Under the pieces are notes generated by a model, which did no database searches, was not told the origin of the DNA, and was given only the letters and a program-made list of their open reading frames with translations. Positions 50,116 to 59,754 of a stretch of DNA of 64,000 nt are shown one piece after another. The stretch is from the NCBI GenBank assembly GCA_963797095.1, contig CAWCNY010000001.1, positions 224,001-288,000 on the forward strand, read 5' to 3'. This DNA comes from an uncultured Chloroflexia bacterium. GTDB taxonomy: Bacteria > Chloroflexota > Chloroflexia > QHBQ01 > JADMIH01. Position 1 is the stretch's first letter, and each line of letters starts with the position of its first letter. The position numbers and the translations under genes are program-made.

Positions 50116-51390
50116 CTACGGGAAGACCCCTCTCAAGCGCGTAACCTCGGCCACGCGGCCGATGGCGAGCATGTAGGCGCCGATGCGCATGTTGACGTTG
50201 TTGTTCTGGGCGGTCTCGTAGACGTCCTTGAAGGAGCGCTTCATTACCTTCTCCAGCTTCTCGTTGACATCGTCCTCGGCCCAATAGTAGCCCTCGATGT
50301 TCTGTGCCCACTCAAAGTAGGAGACAGTGACGCCGCCTGCATTGGCGAGGATATCAGGGAGGACCATGATGCCTTTGTCGTAGAGGATCTTGTCGGCTTC
50401 GGGAGTGGTGGGGCCGTTGGCGGCTTCGGCTATCATTTTGGCTTTGATGCGCCCGGCGTTTTCTGCCGTTATGACGCTCTCAAGAGCGGCGGGAACCAGG
50501 ATATCGCACTCGAGCTCCAGCAGTTCTGCGTTAGTGATCGGATCGGTACCTGGGAAGCCGACCACGGAGCCGTGCTCTTGCTTGTAGAGGAAGGCACCGG
50601 TGGGATTGATCCCCTTCGGCGAGTAGATGCCCCCCTGGCTATCGGATACGGCCAGGATTATGGCCCCGTCTTCTGCCAGCAGCCTTGCTGCGATGGCGCC
50701 TGCATTGCCGAAGCCCTGCACTACCACGGTAGCGCCTTCGAGCTTCATGCCCTGGGTCTTTACCGCCTCGCGCACGACATACTGGAGGCCACGGGCTGTG
50801 GCTTCGTTGCGCCCCAGCGAGCCTTCGAGGGCGATAGGCTTGCCGGTGATAAGGCCTGGGATCGGATAGCCTCTCATCATTGATACAGTGTCCATAATCC
50901 AGGCCATTGTCTGGGCGTTAGTGTTGACGTCGGGGGCCGGGATGTCAATCTCGGGGCCGATGATTGGAGCGATCTCGGCGGCATAGCGGCGAGTGAGGCG
51001 CTCAAGTTCGTTCATACTCAGCTGCTTGGGATCTACAATGACCCCGCCCTTAGCCCCACCGTAGGGGATGCCGACCACCGCGCACTTCCATGTCATCCAC
51101 ATGGAAAGGGCCTTCACCTCGTCCAGCGTCACGTCCTGGTGGTAGCGGATGCCACCCTTGGCCGGACCCCTGGTGAGCGAGTGCTGCACCCGGAAGCCGG
51201 TGAAAACCTTGTTGGTGCCGTCGTCCATGCGCACCGAGAAGTGCACTATCAACTCGCGCTTGGGCTGGGAGAGGATCTGCTTCATCCCTTCGTCCAGGTT
51301 GAGTCTCTCGGCGGCGGCCATAAACTGGTCGACCGCAATCTCGTAAGGATTGGGTTTTGCCTGTGCCTGTAGTACCTTCTCTGCGTACAT
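50116..51390 (-). CDS. gdhA: glutamate dehydrogenase (Glu/Leu/Phe/Val family)
   Basis: GPAKGGIRY, MTWKC, GGAKGG, PAPDV, QGFGN, EAANGP, NAGGV.VSYFEW. Confidence 0.96.
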   Translation of the reverse strand: MYAEKVLQAQAKPNPYEIAVDQFMAAAERLNLDEGMKQILSQPKRELIVHFSVRMDDGTNKVFTGFRVQHSLTRGPAKGGIRYHQDVTLDEVKALSMWMTWKCAVVGIPYGGAKGGVIVDPKQLSMNELERLTRRYAAEIAPIIGPEIDIPAPDVNTNAQTMAWIMDTVSMMRGYPIPGLITGKPIALEGSLGRNEATARGLQYVVREAVKTQGMKLEGATVVVQGFGNAGAIAARLLAEDGAIILAVSDSQGGIYSPKGINPTGAFLYKQEHGSVVGFPGTDPITNAELLELECDILVPAALESVITAENAGRIKAKMIAEAANGPTTPEADKILYDKGIMVLPDILANAGGVTVSYFEWAQNIEGYYWAEDDVNEKLEKVMKRSFKDVYETAQNNNVNMRIGAYMLAIGRVAEVTRLRGVFP

Positions 51391-51442
51391 TGGTGTTTCT
51401 CCTTGATTTAATATTTGTCTATTCCTAGATTGCCGGAGGTCT

Positions 51443-51732
51443 GGAAGTGTCAGAACTCAGAAACAGAGACTGCCTTGAGAACGGCGCCAACACTCGTGAT
51501 GGTCGCGCTATACTCCCACGTTAACAGTAGTGGACAAGGGTTACAAAACAGGTAGACCTGGGTACACGGAAGGTGACAAAGGCAGACGAACAGCACGCAT
51601 AGCTGTCCTGGCGGAAGTGTCAGCACTCAGGACAGGGCCATGAAAACCGACCCAGATGCGAGCATATTCACGCTTGCAAGGCAACCAACAAACGCCTGTT
51701 TATAGCCTTGTGCCCTGAGTTCTGACACTTCC
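51443..51732. mobile_element. 290-bp non-coding MITE with IS6-like ends and an internal third IR
   Basis: 18-bp perfect IR GGAAGTGTCAGAACTCAG, flanked by GGTCT on both sides. Extra IR copy at 51613-51630. Confidence 0.82.
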
Positions 51733-51853
51733 GGTCTGGTAGCTATGTGACTCTCTTCCACAAACGCGGTGAAATCGGGCATGCGTGGATTGGAGGCGTG
51801 CCAGAAAGGCGGCCTGCCCAGCCACTTGACGGCAAAACATTCGCTCTACCTGA

Positions 51854-52858
51854 CTATCGGTGCGTCGGCCGCCTGAAACTCTGGAGGGCGCGCACGTACT
51901 GGGCGCGCTCAAAGGCGGCAGGGTCGGGGCTGTTGCGCTGGCTCATGCTGGCGTGCATCTGACCCACCGACTCATATTCATACTCGCCCATCCAGTCCAG
52001 TATCTCCGTCTCGATCACCGAAATGTGTTGGATGCCACGCCGCAGCAGGGCTGAGCAAAGCATAGTGACATTGGCCCCGGCCATGACCATCTTAATGGCG
52101 TCTTGGCCCGTATGGATGCCCCCCGACGCCGCAAGGTCCACCCTCACACGCCCCTGCAGCATGGCGATCCAGCGCAGAGGCAGGCGCAACGCCTGGGGTG
52201 TGCTCAGGAGGATGTGCGGGCGCACCTCCAGGTGCTTGAGGTCGATATCGGGCTGGTAGAAGCGATTGAACAGCACCAGGGCATCGGCCCCTGCCCGGTC
52301 CAGCCGCCCGGCCATGTGCGCCAGGTTGCTAAAGAACGGCCCCAGTTTTACTGCCAATGGGATGCGTAACTTGCTCTTGACCGCTTCCACGATGTCTATG
52401 TACAGTTGCTCCACCTCGGCAGCGTGGGTGTCAATGTTGTTAGGGAGATAGAAGATGTTGAGTTCAAGGGCATCGGCCCCCGCCTGCTCGATATTGGCTG
52501 CATAGTCGGTCCAACCGCCCAGGGAGACTCCGTTCAGACTGGCGATTACCGGGATGCTCACCATCTCCTTCGCCTTGCGAATGTGTTCCAGATACTCCTC
52601 CGGCCCGACTTGGAACTCGGATGGCTCAGGAAAATAGGTGAGAGCTTCGGCGAAGCTGTCAGTGTGCGCGGTCAAATGGTAGTAAAGGTCGTGGCGCTCC
52701 TGCTCGATCTGCTCTTCGAACAACGAATGCAGCACGACCGCAGCCGCCCCCGCGTCCTCCATTCGCTTGATATTGCCTACGTCCTCAGAGAGAGGCGACG
52801 CCGAGGGTACGAGCGGGGTTCGCAGCTTCATGCCCATATATGTGGTGGACAGGTCCAT
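51854..52858 (-). CDS. dihydroorotate dehydrogenase-like FMN protein
   Basis: LSTTYMG, SASPLS, SLFEEQI, IASLNG, LELNIFY, LFNRFYQPDID, ASGGIH. Confidence 0.92.
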   Translation of the reverse strand: MDLSTTYMGMKLRTPLVPSASPLSEDVGNIKRMEDAGAAAVVLHSLFEEQIEQERHDLYYHLTAHTDSFAEALTYFPEPSEFQVGPEEYLEHIRKAKEMVSIPVIASLNGVSLGGWTDYAANIEQAGADALELNIFYLPNNIDTHAAEVEQLYIDIVEAVKSKLRIPLAVKLGPFFSNLAHMAGRLDRAGADALVLFNRFYQPDIDLKHLEVRPHILLSTPQALRLPLRWIAMLQGRVRVDLAASGGIHTGQDAIKMVMAGANVTMLCSALLRRGIQHISVIETEILDWMGEYEYESVGQMHASMSQRNSPDPAAFERAQYVRALQSFRRPTHR

Positions 52859-52868
52859 TGATTGCCTC

Positions 52869-55800
52869 CTATTTGCCCGTCTTGCCGGTGCCTGGCAAGC
52901 CCGCCTGTTGGTCGTCGTATGGGGGTTCGGTCACTCTACCTTCGATCGAACCCTTGTCATCCAATCGCAACGCCCCGATCTGCCTTCCTGCCAGGTATTC
53001 GTAGAACTTGCGTCTGTAGTCTACGTCGTCCTGGGCCTGGGCAAGCAGTTGCCGGGCATGCTCGGGGTGAGTCTTGTAGAGCATCTTGAAGCGGTTCTCC
53101 ATATTCATGTACTGGTCGAGCGGCATGGTGGGTGAGCGCGAGTCGAGGGTGAGCGGGTTGCGGCCTTGCTCCTCCATGTCGGGGTTGTAGCGGTACAGGA
53201 GCCACTGGCCGCTGTCCACAGCCGCCTTCTGGTTCTGCATCCCCTTCGTCATGTCGATGCCATGGGCGATGCAGTGGCTGTAGGCGATGATGAGGGCAGG
53301 CCCGTCGTAAGCCTCGGCCTCCAAGAAGGCTTTCAGAGTATGTTCGTCCTTCGCGCCCATCGCCACGCTCGCCACGTAGATATTGCCATAGGTCATGGCG
53401 ATCAGGCCCAGGTCTTTCTTGCGCCCAGGCTTGCCGCCCGCAGCGTATTTGGCGACCGCGCCACGCGGGGTGGACTTGGACATCTGGCCGCCGGTGTTCG
53501 AATAGACCTCCGTATCGAGTACCAGCACTTTTATGTTGCGCCCGGTCGAGAGCACGTGGTCCAGCCCTCCGAAGCCGATGTCGTATGCCCACCCGTCGCC
53601 CCCCACGATCCACACGCTCTTACGCACCAGCATATCGGCCATCTGCAGCAGATGTTGGGCGTCTGCTGCGGATTGAGTGGACTCTACTTGCGCAAGGCGC
53701 GCCTTCAGTTCGGCTACTCGCTCTCGCTGCTCATGGACGCCTGCTTCGTCGCGCTGGTCGGCTTCCAGGATGGCGGTTGCCAGCTCTTCGCCTACTTGCG
53801 AGGCCAGTTTCTTGAGCAACTCGCAGGCGAAGTCGTGCTGCTTGTCGAGCGATACCCGGAAGCCCAGACCGAACTCGGCGTTGTCTTCGAAGAGGGAGTT
53901 ACTCCATGCTGGACCTCGCCCCTCTCGGTTGTGCGCCCAGGGCGTGGTGGGCAGGTTGCCGCCGTAGATAGATGAACAACCCGTCGCGTTGGCGATCACA
54001 AGGCGGTCTCCGAATAGCTGGCTGAGCAACTTGAGGTAAGGGGTCTCGCCACAACCCGAACACGCGCCAGAGAACTCGAACAGGGGCTGTTGCACCTGCT
54101 GTTGGCGTATACTGTTCTCCTTGATGCGCAAGCGGTCCATCTCAGGCAGGTCCAGGAAGAACTGCCAGTTTTCCCTCTCTTGCTCGCGCAATGGGGCCTG
54201 GGGCTGCATGTTGATCGCTTTGAGGCGCGCTTCCGACTTATTTTTGGCGGGGCACACCTCCACGCAAATACCGCAGCCAGTACAATCTTCCGGCGCCACC
54301 TGAATGGTGTAAGCCTGGCCTTGCCACTCGCGGTCGCGGGCGCCGGTATGTTTGAAGGTGACGGGTGCCCTCTGGGCGTCGCCTCCCAGTTCGGCCTCAT
54401 CGTACACCTTGATACGGATCACCCCGTGCGGGCACACCATCGCGCACTTGCCACACTGGATGCACACGTCGGGGTCCCACACTGGTATCTCGTCTGCGAG
54501 GTTGCGCTTCTCGTATTGAGATGTGCCTGTAGGATATGTGCCGTCAACGGGCAACGCGCTCACAGGGAGTAGATCGCCCTCGCCTGTGATGATCTTGCCC
54601 AGCACCTCGCGCACGAAGGGCGTCGCGGCTTCAGCGTCGAGCGCCGAGTACCGAGTACGGAGTGACCCCATCCCACTGGATACCAGCTGTTCGGTACTCG
54701 GAACTTCGATCTTGTGCAGATGTTCCAGTGTGCGGCTTACTGCTTGCAGGTTCATCTGGACTATGTCTTCGCCTTTCTTTCCGTAGCTCTTGCGGATGGA
54801 TCGCTCAATGGCGGCCAGCGCTTCTTCTTTGGGCAGTACGCCCGAGATGGCAAAGAAGCAGACCTGCATTATGGTGTTGATCTGGCGCATACCGCTCTCG
54901 CGCCCCACTTTTTGGGCGTCTATCACGAAAAAGTTGAGGCCCTTTTCGATAATTTGCCTCTGCACCGTAGGCGGCAGGTGTTCCCAAACCTCGTTCGGTG
55001 GGTGGTGCGTGTTCACCAGGAAGACCCCGCCGCTTGTGATGTCCTTGAGCATATCGTAACGGTCAAGGAACACCGGCTGGTGGCAGGCCACGAAGTTGGG
55101 GCGCTGGATGAGGTAAGCGGAGCGGATGGGATCGGGGCCAAAGCGCAGGTGCGACACGGTCATAGCGCCCGATTTCTTGGAGTCGTACACGAAGTAACCC
55201 TGGGCATAGTTGTCTGTTTCTTCGCCAATGATCTTGATTGAGCTCTTGTTGGCGCCCACCGTGCCGTCCGAGCCGAGGCCGTAGAAGAGGCCCCGGATCA
55301 CATTGTCCGGCTCGATCACAAAGTCGGGGTCATACTCCAGGCTGGTGTGGGTCACGTCGTCGTTGATGCCCACCGTAAAGTGGTTGCGGGGGTGTGGTTC
55401 GGCCAGGTTGTCGAAGACCGCTTTGATCATGGCCGGGGTGAACTCTTTGGAGGAGAGGCCGAAGCGCCCTCCCACTATCACCGGGTATGAAGCCAGGTGA
55501 CGGTGGGATTGCGCTTCGCTCGATTTGCTCAGCCGCTCGTGGATCGCCCCCAGGCAATCAAGGTAAAGCGGCTCGCCCAGGCTGCCCGGCTCTTTGGTGC
55601 GGTCCATCACGGCCATTGCCCTCACGGTCGGCGGCAAGGCGTCCACGAATCGCTGGCCATCAAACGGCCTGTACAACCGAACTTTGAGCACGCCCACGCG
55701 CTCGTCCTGGCTATTGAGATAGTCTACCGTTTCGTGGGCGGCTTCTGCGCCCGAACCCATGACAACGATCACGCGTTGTGCGTCGGCCGCGCCGTGATAC

Positions 55801-56585
55801 TCGTACAGCTTGTACTGCCTGCCCGTCAGCGTGGTAAACCTGTCCATTGCGTCTTGCACAACGTCGGGGCAGTTCAGATAGTATGAGTTGACCGTTTCGC
55901 GGGCCTGGAAGTACACGTCGGGGTTCTGGGCCGTGCCCCTGATGACGGGGTGGTCGGGCGAGAGGGCGCGGGCACGATGCTCCATGACCCGCTCATCGTT
56001 GATCATGGCTTGAAGGTCACTTTCGTTGAGCAACTCGATCTTGGCGACCTCGTGGGACGTACGAAAGCCGTCGAAGAAGTGGATGAACGGTAGTCGCGCC
56101 TCAAGGCTGGCGGAGTGAGCGATCAGCGCGAAGTCCTGCGCTTCCTGCACGGAGGCCGAGCAGAGCATCGCAAAGCCGGTGGGCCGCGCGGCCATTACGT
56201 CGCTGTGGTCTCCGAAGATGGAGAGGGACTGCGCCGCCAGCGAGCGGGCTGCAACGTGGAACACCGCTGGGGTAAGCTCGCCTGCGATCTTGTACATGTT
56301 GGGCAGCATGAGCATCAGCCCTTGAGAAGCCGTGAAGGTAGTGGCGAGGGAGCCGGTCTGGAGCGCGCCATGCACAGCTCCCGCAGCGCCGCCTTCGCTC
56401 TGCATCTCCACGACCGAGGGCACCGTCCCCCAGATGTTGGGCACGCCCTCGGAGGCCCATTGGTCGGCCCATTCGCCCATCGGGGATGAAGGGGTGATCG
56501 GGTATATGGCTATGACTTCGTTGAGCCGGTAGACTACGCGAGCCACCGCCTCGTTACCATCCAATGTTGCCAGGGGTCTGTTCAT
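52869..56585 (-). CDS. nifJ: pyruvate:ferredoxin/flavodoxin oxidoreductase; alternative start 56642
   Basis: YPITPS, MQSEGGAAG, GSDGTVGANK, two 4Fe-4S CxxCxxC motifs, GACSGCGE, GGDGWAYDIG, YSNTGGQ. Confidence 0.97.
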   Translation of the reverse strand: MNRPLATLDGNEAVARVVYRLNEVIAIYPITPSSPMGEWADQWASEGVPNIWGTVPSVVEMQSEGGAAGAVHGALQTGSLATTFTASQGLMLMLPNMYKIAGELTPAVFHVAARSLAAQSLSIFGDHSDVMAARPTGFAMLCSASVQEAQDFALIAHSASLEARLPFIHFFDGFRTSHEVAKIELLNESDLQAMINDERVMEHRARALSPDHPVIRGTAQNPDVYFQARETVNSYYLNCPDVVQDAMDRFTTLTGRQYKLYEYHGAADAQRVIVVMGSGAEAAHETVDYLNSQDERVGVLKVRLYRPFDGQRFVDALPPTVRAMAVMDRTKEPGSLGEPLYLDCLGAIHERLSKSSEAQSHRHLASYPVIVGGRFGLSSKEFTPAMIKAVFDNLAEPHPRNHFTVGINDDVTHTSLEYDPDFVIEPDNVIRGLFYGLGSDGTVGANKSSIKIIGEETDNYAQGYFVYDSKKSGAMTVSHLRFGPDPIRSAYLIQRPNFVACHQPVFLDRYDMLKDITSGGVFLVNTHHPPNEVWEHLPPTVQRQIIEKGLNFFVIDAQKVGRESGMRQINTIMQVCFFAISGVLPKEEALAAIERSIRKSYGKKGEDIVQMNLQAVSRTLEHLHKIEVPSTEQLVSSGMGSLRTRYSALDAEAATPFVREVLGKIITGEGDLLPVSALPVDGTYPTGTSQYEKRNLADEIPVWDPDVCIQCGKCAMVCPHGVIRIKVYDEAELGGDAQRAPVTFKHTGARDREWQGQAYTIQVAPEDCTGCGICVEVCPAKNKSEARLKAINMQPQAPLREQERENWQFFLDLPEMDRLRIKENSIRQQQVQQPLFEFSGACSGCGETPYLKLLSQLFGDRLVIANATGCSSIYGGNLPTTPWAHNREGRGPAWSNSLFEDNAEFGLGFRVSLDKQHDFACELLKKLASQVGEELATAILEADQRDEAGVHEQRERVAELKARLAQVESTQSAADAQHLLQMADMLVRKSVWIVGGDGWAYDIGFGGLDHVLSTGRNIKVLVLDTEVYSNTGGQMSKSTPRGAVAKYAAGGKPGRKKDLGLIAMTYGNIYVASVAMGAKDEHTLKAFLEAEAYDGPALIIAYSHCIAHGIDMTKGMQNQKAAVDSGQWLLYRYNPDMEEQGRNPLTLDSRSPTMPLDQYMNMENRFKMLYKTHPEHARQLLAQAQDDVDYRRKFYEYLAGRQIGALRLDDKGSIEGRVTEPPYDDQQAGLPGTGKTGK

Positions 56586-56707
56586 GCTATTGCCGATCCC
56601 TTTCTCCGCTCTCCGCTTTATCGTCCCCGTTTTTCGCTCCACACTATGTTCGCACTATCCTCTCGTTGGCGCTCCCTATGGAAACGTGGACTTTAATTAG
56701 GAATGAC

Positions 56708-56823
56708 AGAACAATGGGCCGGCCCACCTCAGTAGACCGGCCCACCCACGGCTATGCGGGCAGCCAGGGAACTATCCCGCTGCCTTGCAGCTTGACTATA
56801 GCACCGTAGCACCGGATTGTAAA
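56708..56823 (-). promoter_or_regulatory. nifJ promoter and structured leader with terminator-like hairpin
   Basis: TTTACA-N17-TATAGT (56823-56795). Hairpins at 56759-56784 and 56715-56744, the latter followed by UUGUUCU. Confidence 0.55.
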
Positions 56824-57068
56824 TGGTCAGGTACATCAGGGTCAACAATTAGTGACAGCTCTGGACGGCATAAATGCTAGTAGCTTCTACGGTCTTGCAC
56901 CGATGCGTATCCGTCTATATGCCAACAGGGTTTGCACAGGCAGACACTTGCTACATATTACGGTGTACAAGTTACGGTGTACAAGCGTTCGGTACGCTAC
57001 AGCAACCCGGTGAATGTATCAAACTGTCAAAGTGTAGTTCCCGAAGGAGCGGGGGAACTATTCAACGG

Positions 57069-57725
57069 TTAGTCGGGGTAGTTCAGAAGTTCGGCTGGTA
57101 TTGTGATGAGCCTGGTGCCATAGCGAACTCCCGGTGTTTCCGCAAACTCCTGAGCTTCATTGAAAAGGCCACCCAGGCACATCTCATAGCCCCTAATCGT
57201 CAGATCAACCGAGTCAATCATGAAATCACTTAGCTGGCCCATCATAGTACCTGCATCGGTCACTACCCTGCTGCCCAGGAGGCTGGTTATCTGAATAAGT
57301 GGCGGGGAACTCAGGGAGCTCGGGGGGCCCAGGGAGCCCAGGGCACCCGAGGAGCTCGTGGCAGTTTTACCGCTTGTAGTGCCAACGGCACCTCTGTTCT
57401 GCGAGGCTCCTATGCTCTGTCCAGCGGTGGCCTCAGCCATGCCAGTCATGTTTGCCATACGCGAGGGGGGCGAGAGGTTGGGGACGGTGGGGACGGTGGG
57501 GACGGTGGGGACGGTGGGGAGGGTGGAGATCGTAACGGCATCGCCGCCCACGTTCTTGACGTCGGCCACGGGTACTGTCTGCGCCGGGTGAGACATATCT
57601 GTTCTTACCTCAATGCTCACTATGTGGTGGCTCTCTGGTTCGATCATCAAGTCCTCGACCTCGCCGATCTTCCCGGCGTTTTCGAGATTGACAACAGCCC
57701 GGCCTTTCAGCTCTGAGAATTTCAT
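57069..57725 (-). CDS. two-PRC-barrel protein with low-complexity linker
   Basis: SELKGRAVV...KIGEVEDL and LLGSRVVTDAG.MMG.L.D; (PTV)4 linker. Confidence 0.8.
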   Translation of the reverse strand: MKFSELKGRAVVNLENAGKIGEVEDLMIEPESHHIVSIEVRTDMSHPAQTVPVADVKNVGGDAVTISTLPTVPTVPTVPTVPNLSPPSRMANMTGMAEATAGQSIGASQNRGAVGTTSGKTATSSSGALGSLGPPSSLSSPPLIQITSLLGSRVVTDAGTMMGQLSDFMIDSVDLTIRGYEMCLGGLFNEAQEFAETPGVRYGTRLITIPAELLNYPD

Positions 57726-57910
57726 TGGGTTCCTCCTGGATCCCGTTGTGTGAGCGATTAGCCGACAGAAATCGAAGCGTATCTGGAGCCCACTCCCGTC
57801 AATCATTCTACTCTAGCCATTGCCCATGCCTGGGTTACAGCTCAAAAATCGCGTCCCGCACACCTCTTGCCTTGGCATTCTGCACCAGGGACGCTGGTCT
57901 GGACATGCTT

Positions 57911-58684
57911 CTATTGGGCCGTGTAGCCGCCGTCTATCACCAGTTCGGTACCGGTGACGAACTTCGACTCGTCCGAAGCGAGGTAGACCACTCCGTAGGC
58001 GATGTCGTCCGGCTCGCCCATGTGTCCCATTGGGTGCAGGCCCTCCAGGTAGCTCTGCATCGCTCCTGGATCTCCCCCCGCCTCCATGGCTGTCTGCACC
58101 ATCGGCGTAACGATGTAGCCCGGGTGTACCGAGTTGACGCGGATGTTGTAACCTGAACGTGCGCAATGGAGCGCGGCGGATTTAGTGAAGATGCGGACGC
58201 CGCCCTTACTTGCGTTGTACGACGCTGCGGTTGCCTCACCGACGATCCCCAGGATAGAGGACATATTGATGATGGAGCCGCCTTTTCCGCCGCGCTTCAT
58301 TGCCTGGATGCCGTACTTGGTACCCAGGAACACCCCGTCCAGGTTGATGCTCATGAGGAAGCGCCAGTCCTCAAGTGTGGCCTCCTCGACGTTGGTGGTC
58401 TTTCCTACGCCTGCGTTATTCACCACGACATCAAGCTCGCCGTAGGTCTGCAGGGTAGTTTTGATTATCTGCTGCCAGTCGGCCTCACTGGCAACATCGT
58501 GCCTGATGAAGACGGCGTCGCCTCCGGCCGACTTGATCTCCTCGACCACCTGGCAACCTTCCTCTTCTTTGATATCGGTGACGACTACTCTGGCACCTTC
58601 CTCTGCAAGTCTGATGGCGCAGGCCCGCCCGATGCCGAGTGAGCCGCCTGTTACGATAGCTACTTTATCTTGAACACGATTCAT
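57911..58684 (-). CDS. classical SDR (glucose/steroid/cyclopentanol dehydrogenase-like)
   Basis: TGGSLGIG, NNAG, YNASKG, VNSVHPG, IDGGY. Confidence 0.94.
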   Translation of the reverse strand: MNRVQDKVAIVTGGSLGIGRACAIRLAEEGARVVVTDIKEEEGCQVVEEIKSAGGDAVFIRHDVASEADWQQIIKTTLQTYGELDVVVNNAGVGKTTNVEEATLEDWRFLMSINLDGVFLGTKYGIQAMKRGGKGGSIINMSSILGIVGEATAASYNASKGGVRIFTKSAALHCARSGYNIRVNSVHPGYIVTPMVQTAMEAGGDPGAMQSYLEGLHPMGHMGEPDDIAYGVVYLASDESKFVTGTELVIDGGYTAQ

Positions 58685-58713
58685 GTAATTTCTCCTCTTG
58701 ATATGCGTCTCAT

Positions 58714-59547
58714 TTACTCGCCAGGGGCCGTTCGGCGTCTTGAGCGCAGATTGGTAACGGCTACGATCGGTGAGCTCACAGACCGATCTAATTGTCGGAA
58801 CACCGGGACTCTACGGCCCTGCGAGTTCGATCTAGACAGTGAGTGTAGCTCCCGCAATGCCATCCTGGTGTGGAATTTGACTGCGCTGAGCGGCTGCCTG
58901 AGTTCGACTGCTATCTGGGCTTGAGATAAGCCCCTGAGGTAGGCGAGTTCGAGCACCTGCCGTTGCGCAGATGCTAAATGCTCTACTACCTGTTGCAATG
59001 GGGGCTGCCCCTTTTTCGATAACTTCCGGTCGGCGGCACTGAGGGCGGCATCAACCATGATATCCACGAGATTCGCTGCCACTGATTGCTCAATAGCCTC
59101 TGGGGCTACTTCGGGGTGTCTTACTCGCAGTAATCTCAGTTCAGCTAAGCACTTGTTATGCGTAACGTTTAGTAGCCAGCTTTGAAACCAGCCTTCCTGT
59201 GCCGAGTAGTTTGCAGGGTTGATTTCAGGGCGTATCACAGGGCGTATCACAGGACATACCCAACATACCCATAGCTTCTCGAACGCTTCCTGCATCGCTG
59301 GCACCGCCACGCTAGATTGACCCAACATTCTGTATGCCAGGCTAAAGGACTGTCGAACGAAGGCGTCGTACAACTCCTCAAGCGGAAAGGCGCCGGCCCT
59401 GGAGACCCGGCGCACTATTTGCTCGCGAGCCATAGGTACGGGTGCCAGGCGAGTCAGACCATCCTGTGCCAACACTACCTCAGCTCGGGTATCCCTACCT
59501 GCGTTACCATTAGTTATAGGTGTGGTAGTGGACGTGGCTATGTTCAT
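58714..59547 (-). CDS. degenerate ECF sigma factor (SigK-like)
   Basis: LEELYD...LAYRML...QEAF.KLW, F.SWLL, QRQVLELAY..GLSQAQIA..L..PL.AVK. Confidence 0.7.
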   Translation of the reverse strand: MNIATSTTTPITNGNAGRDTRAEVVLAQDGLTRLAPVPMAREQIVRRVSRAGAFPLEELYDAFVRQSFSLAYRMLGQSSVAVPAMQEAFEKLWVCWVCPVIRPVIRPEINPANYSAQEGWFQSWLLNVTHNKCLAELRLLRVRHPEVAPEAIEQSVAANLVDIMVDAALSAADRKLSKKGQPPLQQVVEHLASAQRQVLELAYLRGLSQAQIAVELRQPLSAVKFHTRMALRELHSLSRSNSQGRRVPVFRQLDRSVSSPIVAVTNLRSRRRTAPGE

Positions 59548-59754
59548 GATCTCTCTGGGAACTTGTGACTAATGGGGATGCTCCCTTCCCCTTCTCCGAT
59601 TCTCTGCTCGCAGCACCCGCCGCACCCCGGTAATCCCGCTAGTCTGCAGACACACAAATACCCTGGTCTCGGACCAGGGTATTCTATCTACCGGCAATAC
59701 ACGCCACCCGGCGCTGGCATCATCGAGCATTATCGGGCAACATTGGTCATTCCA

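Noticed and set aside
52869-56585. Nitrogen fixation implied by nifJ
   Set aside because: NifJ-type PFOR is widespread, and no nifHDK is present here.
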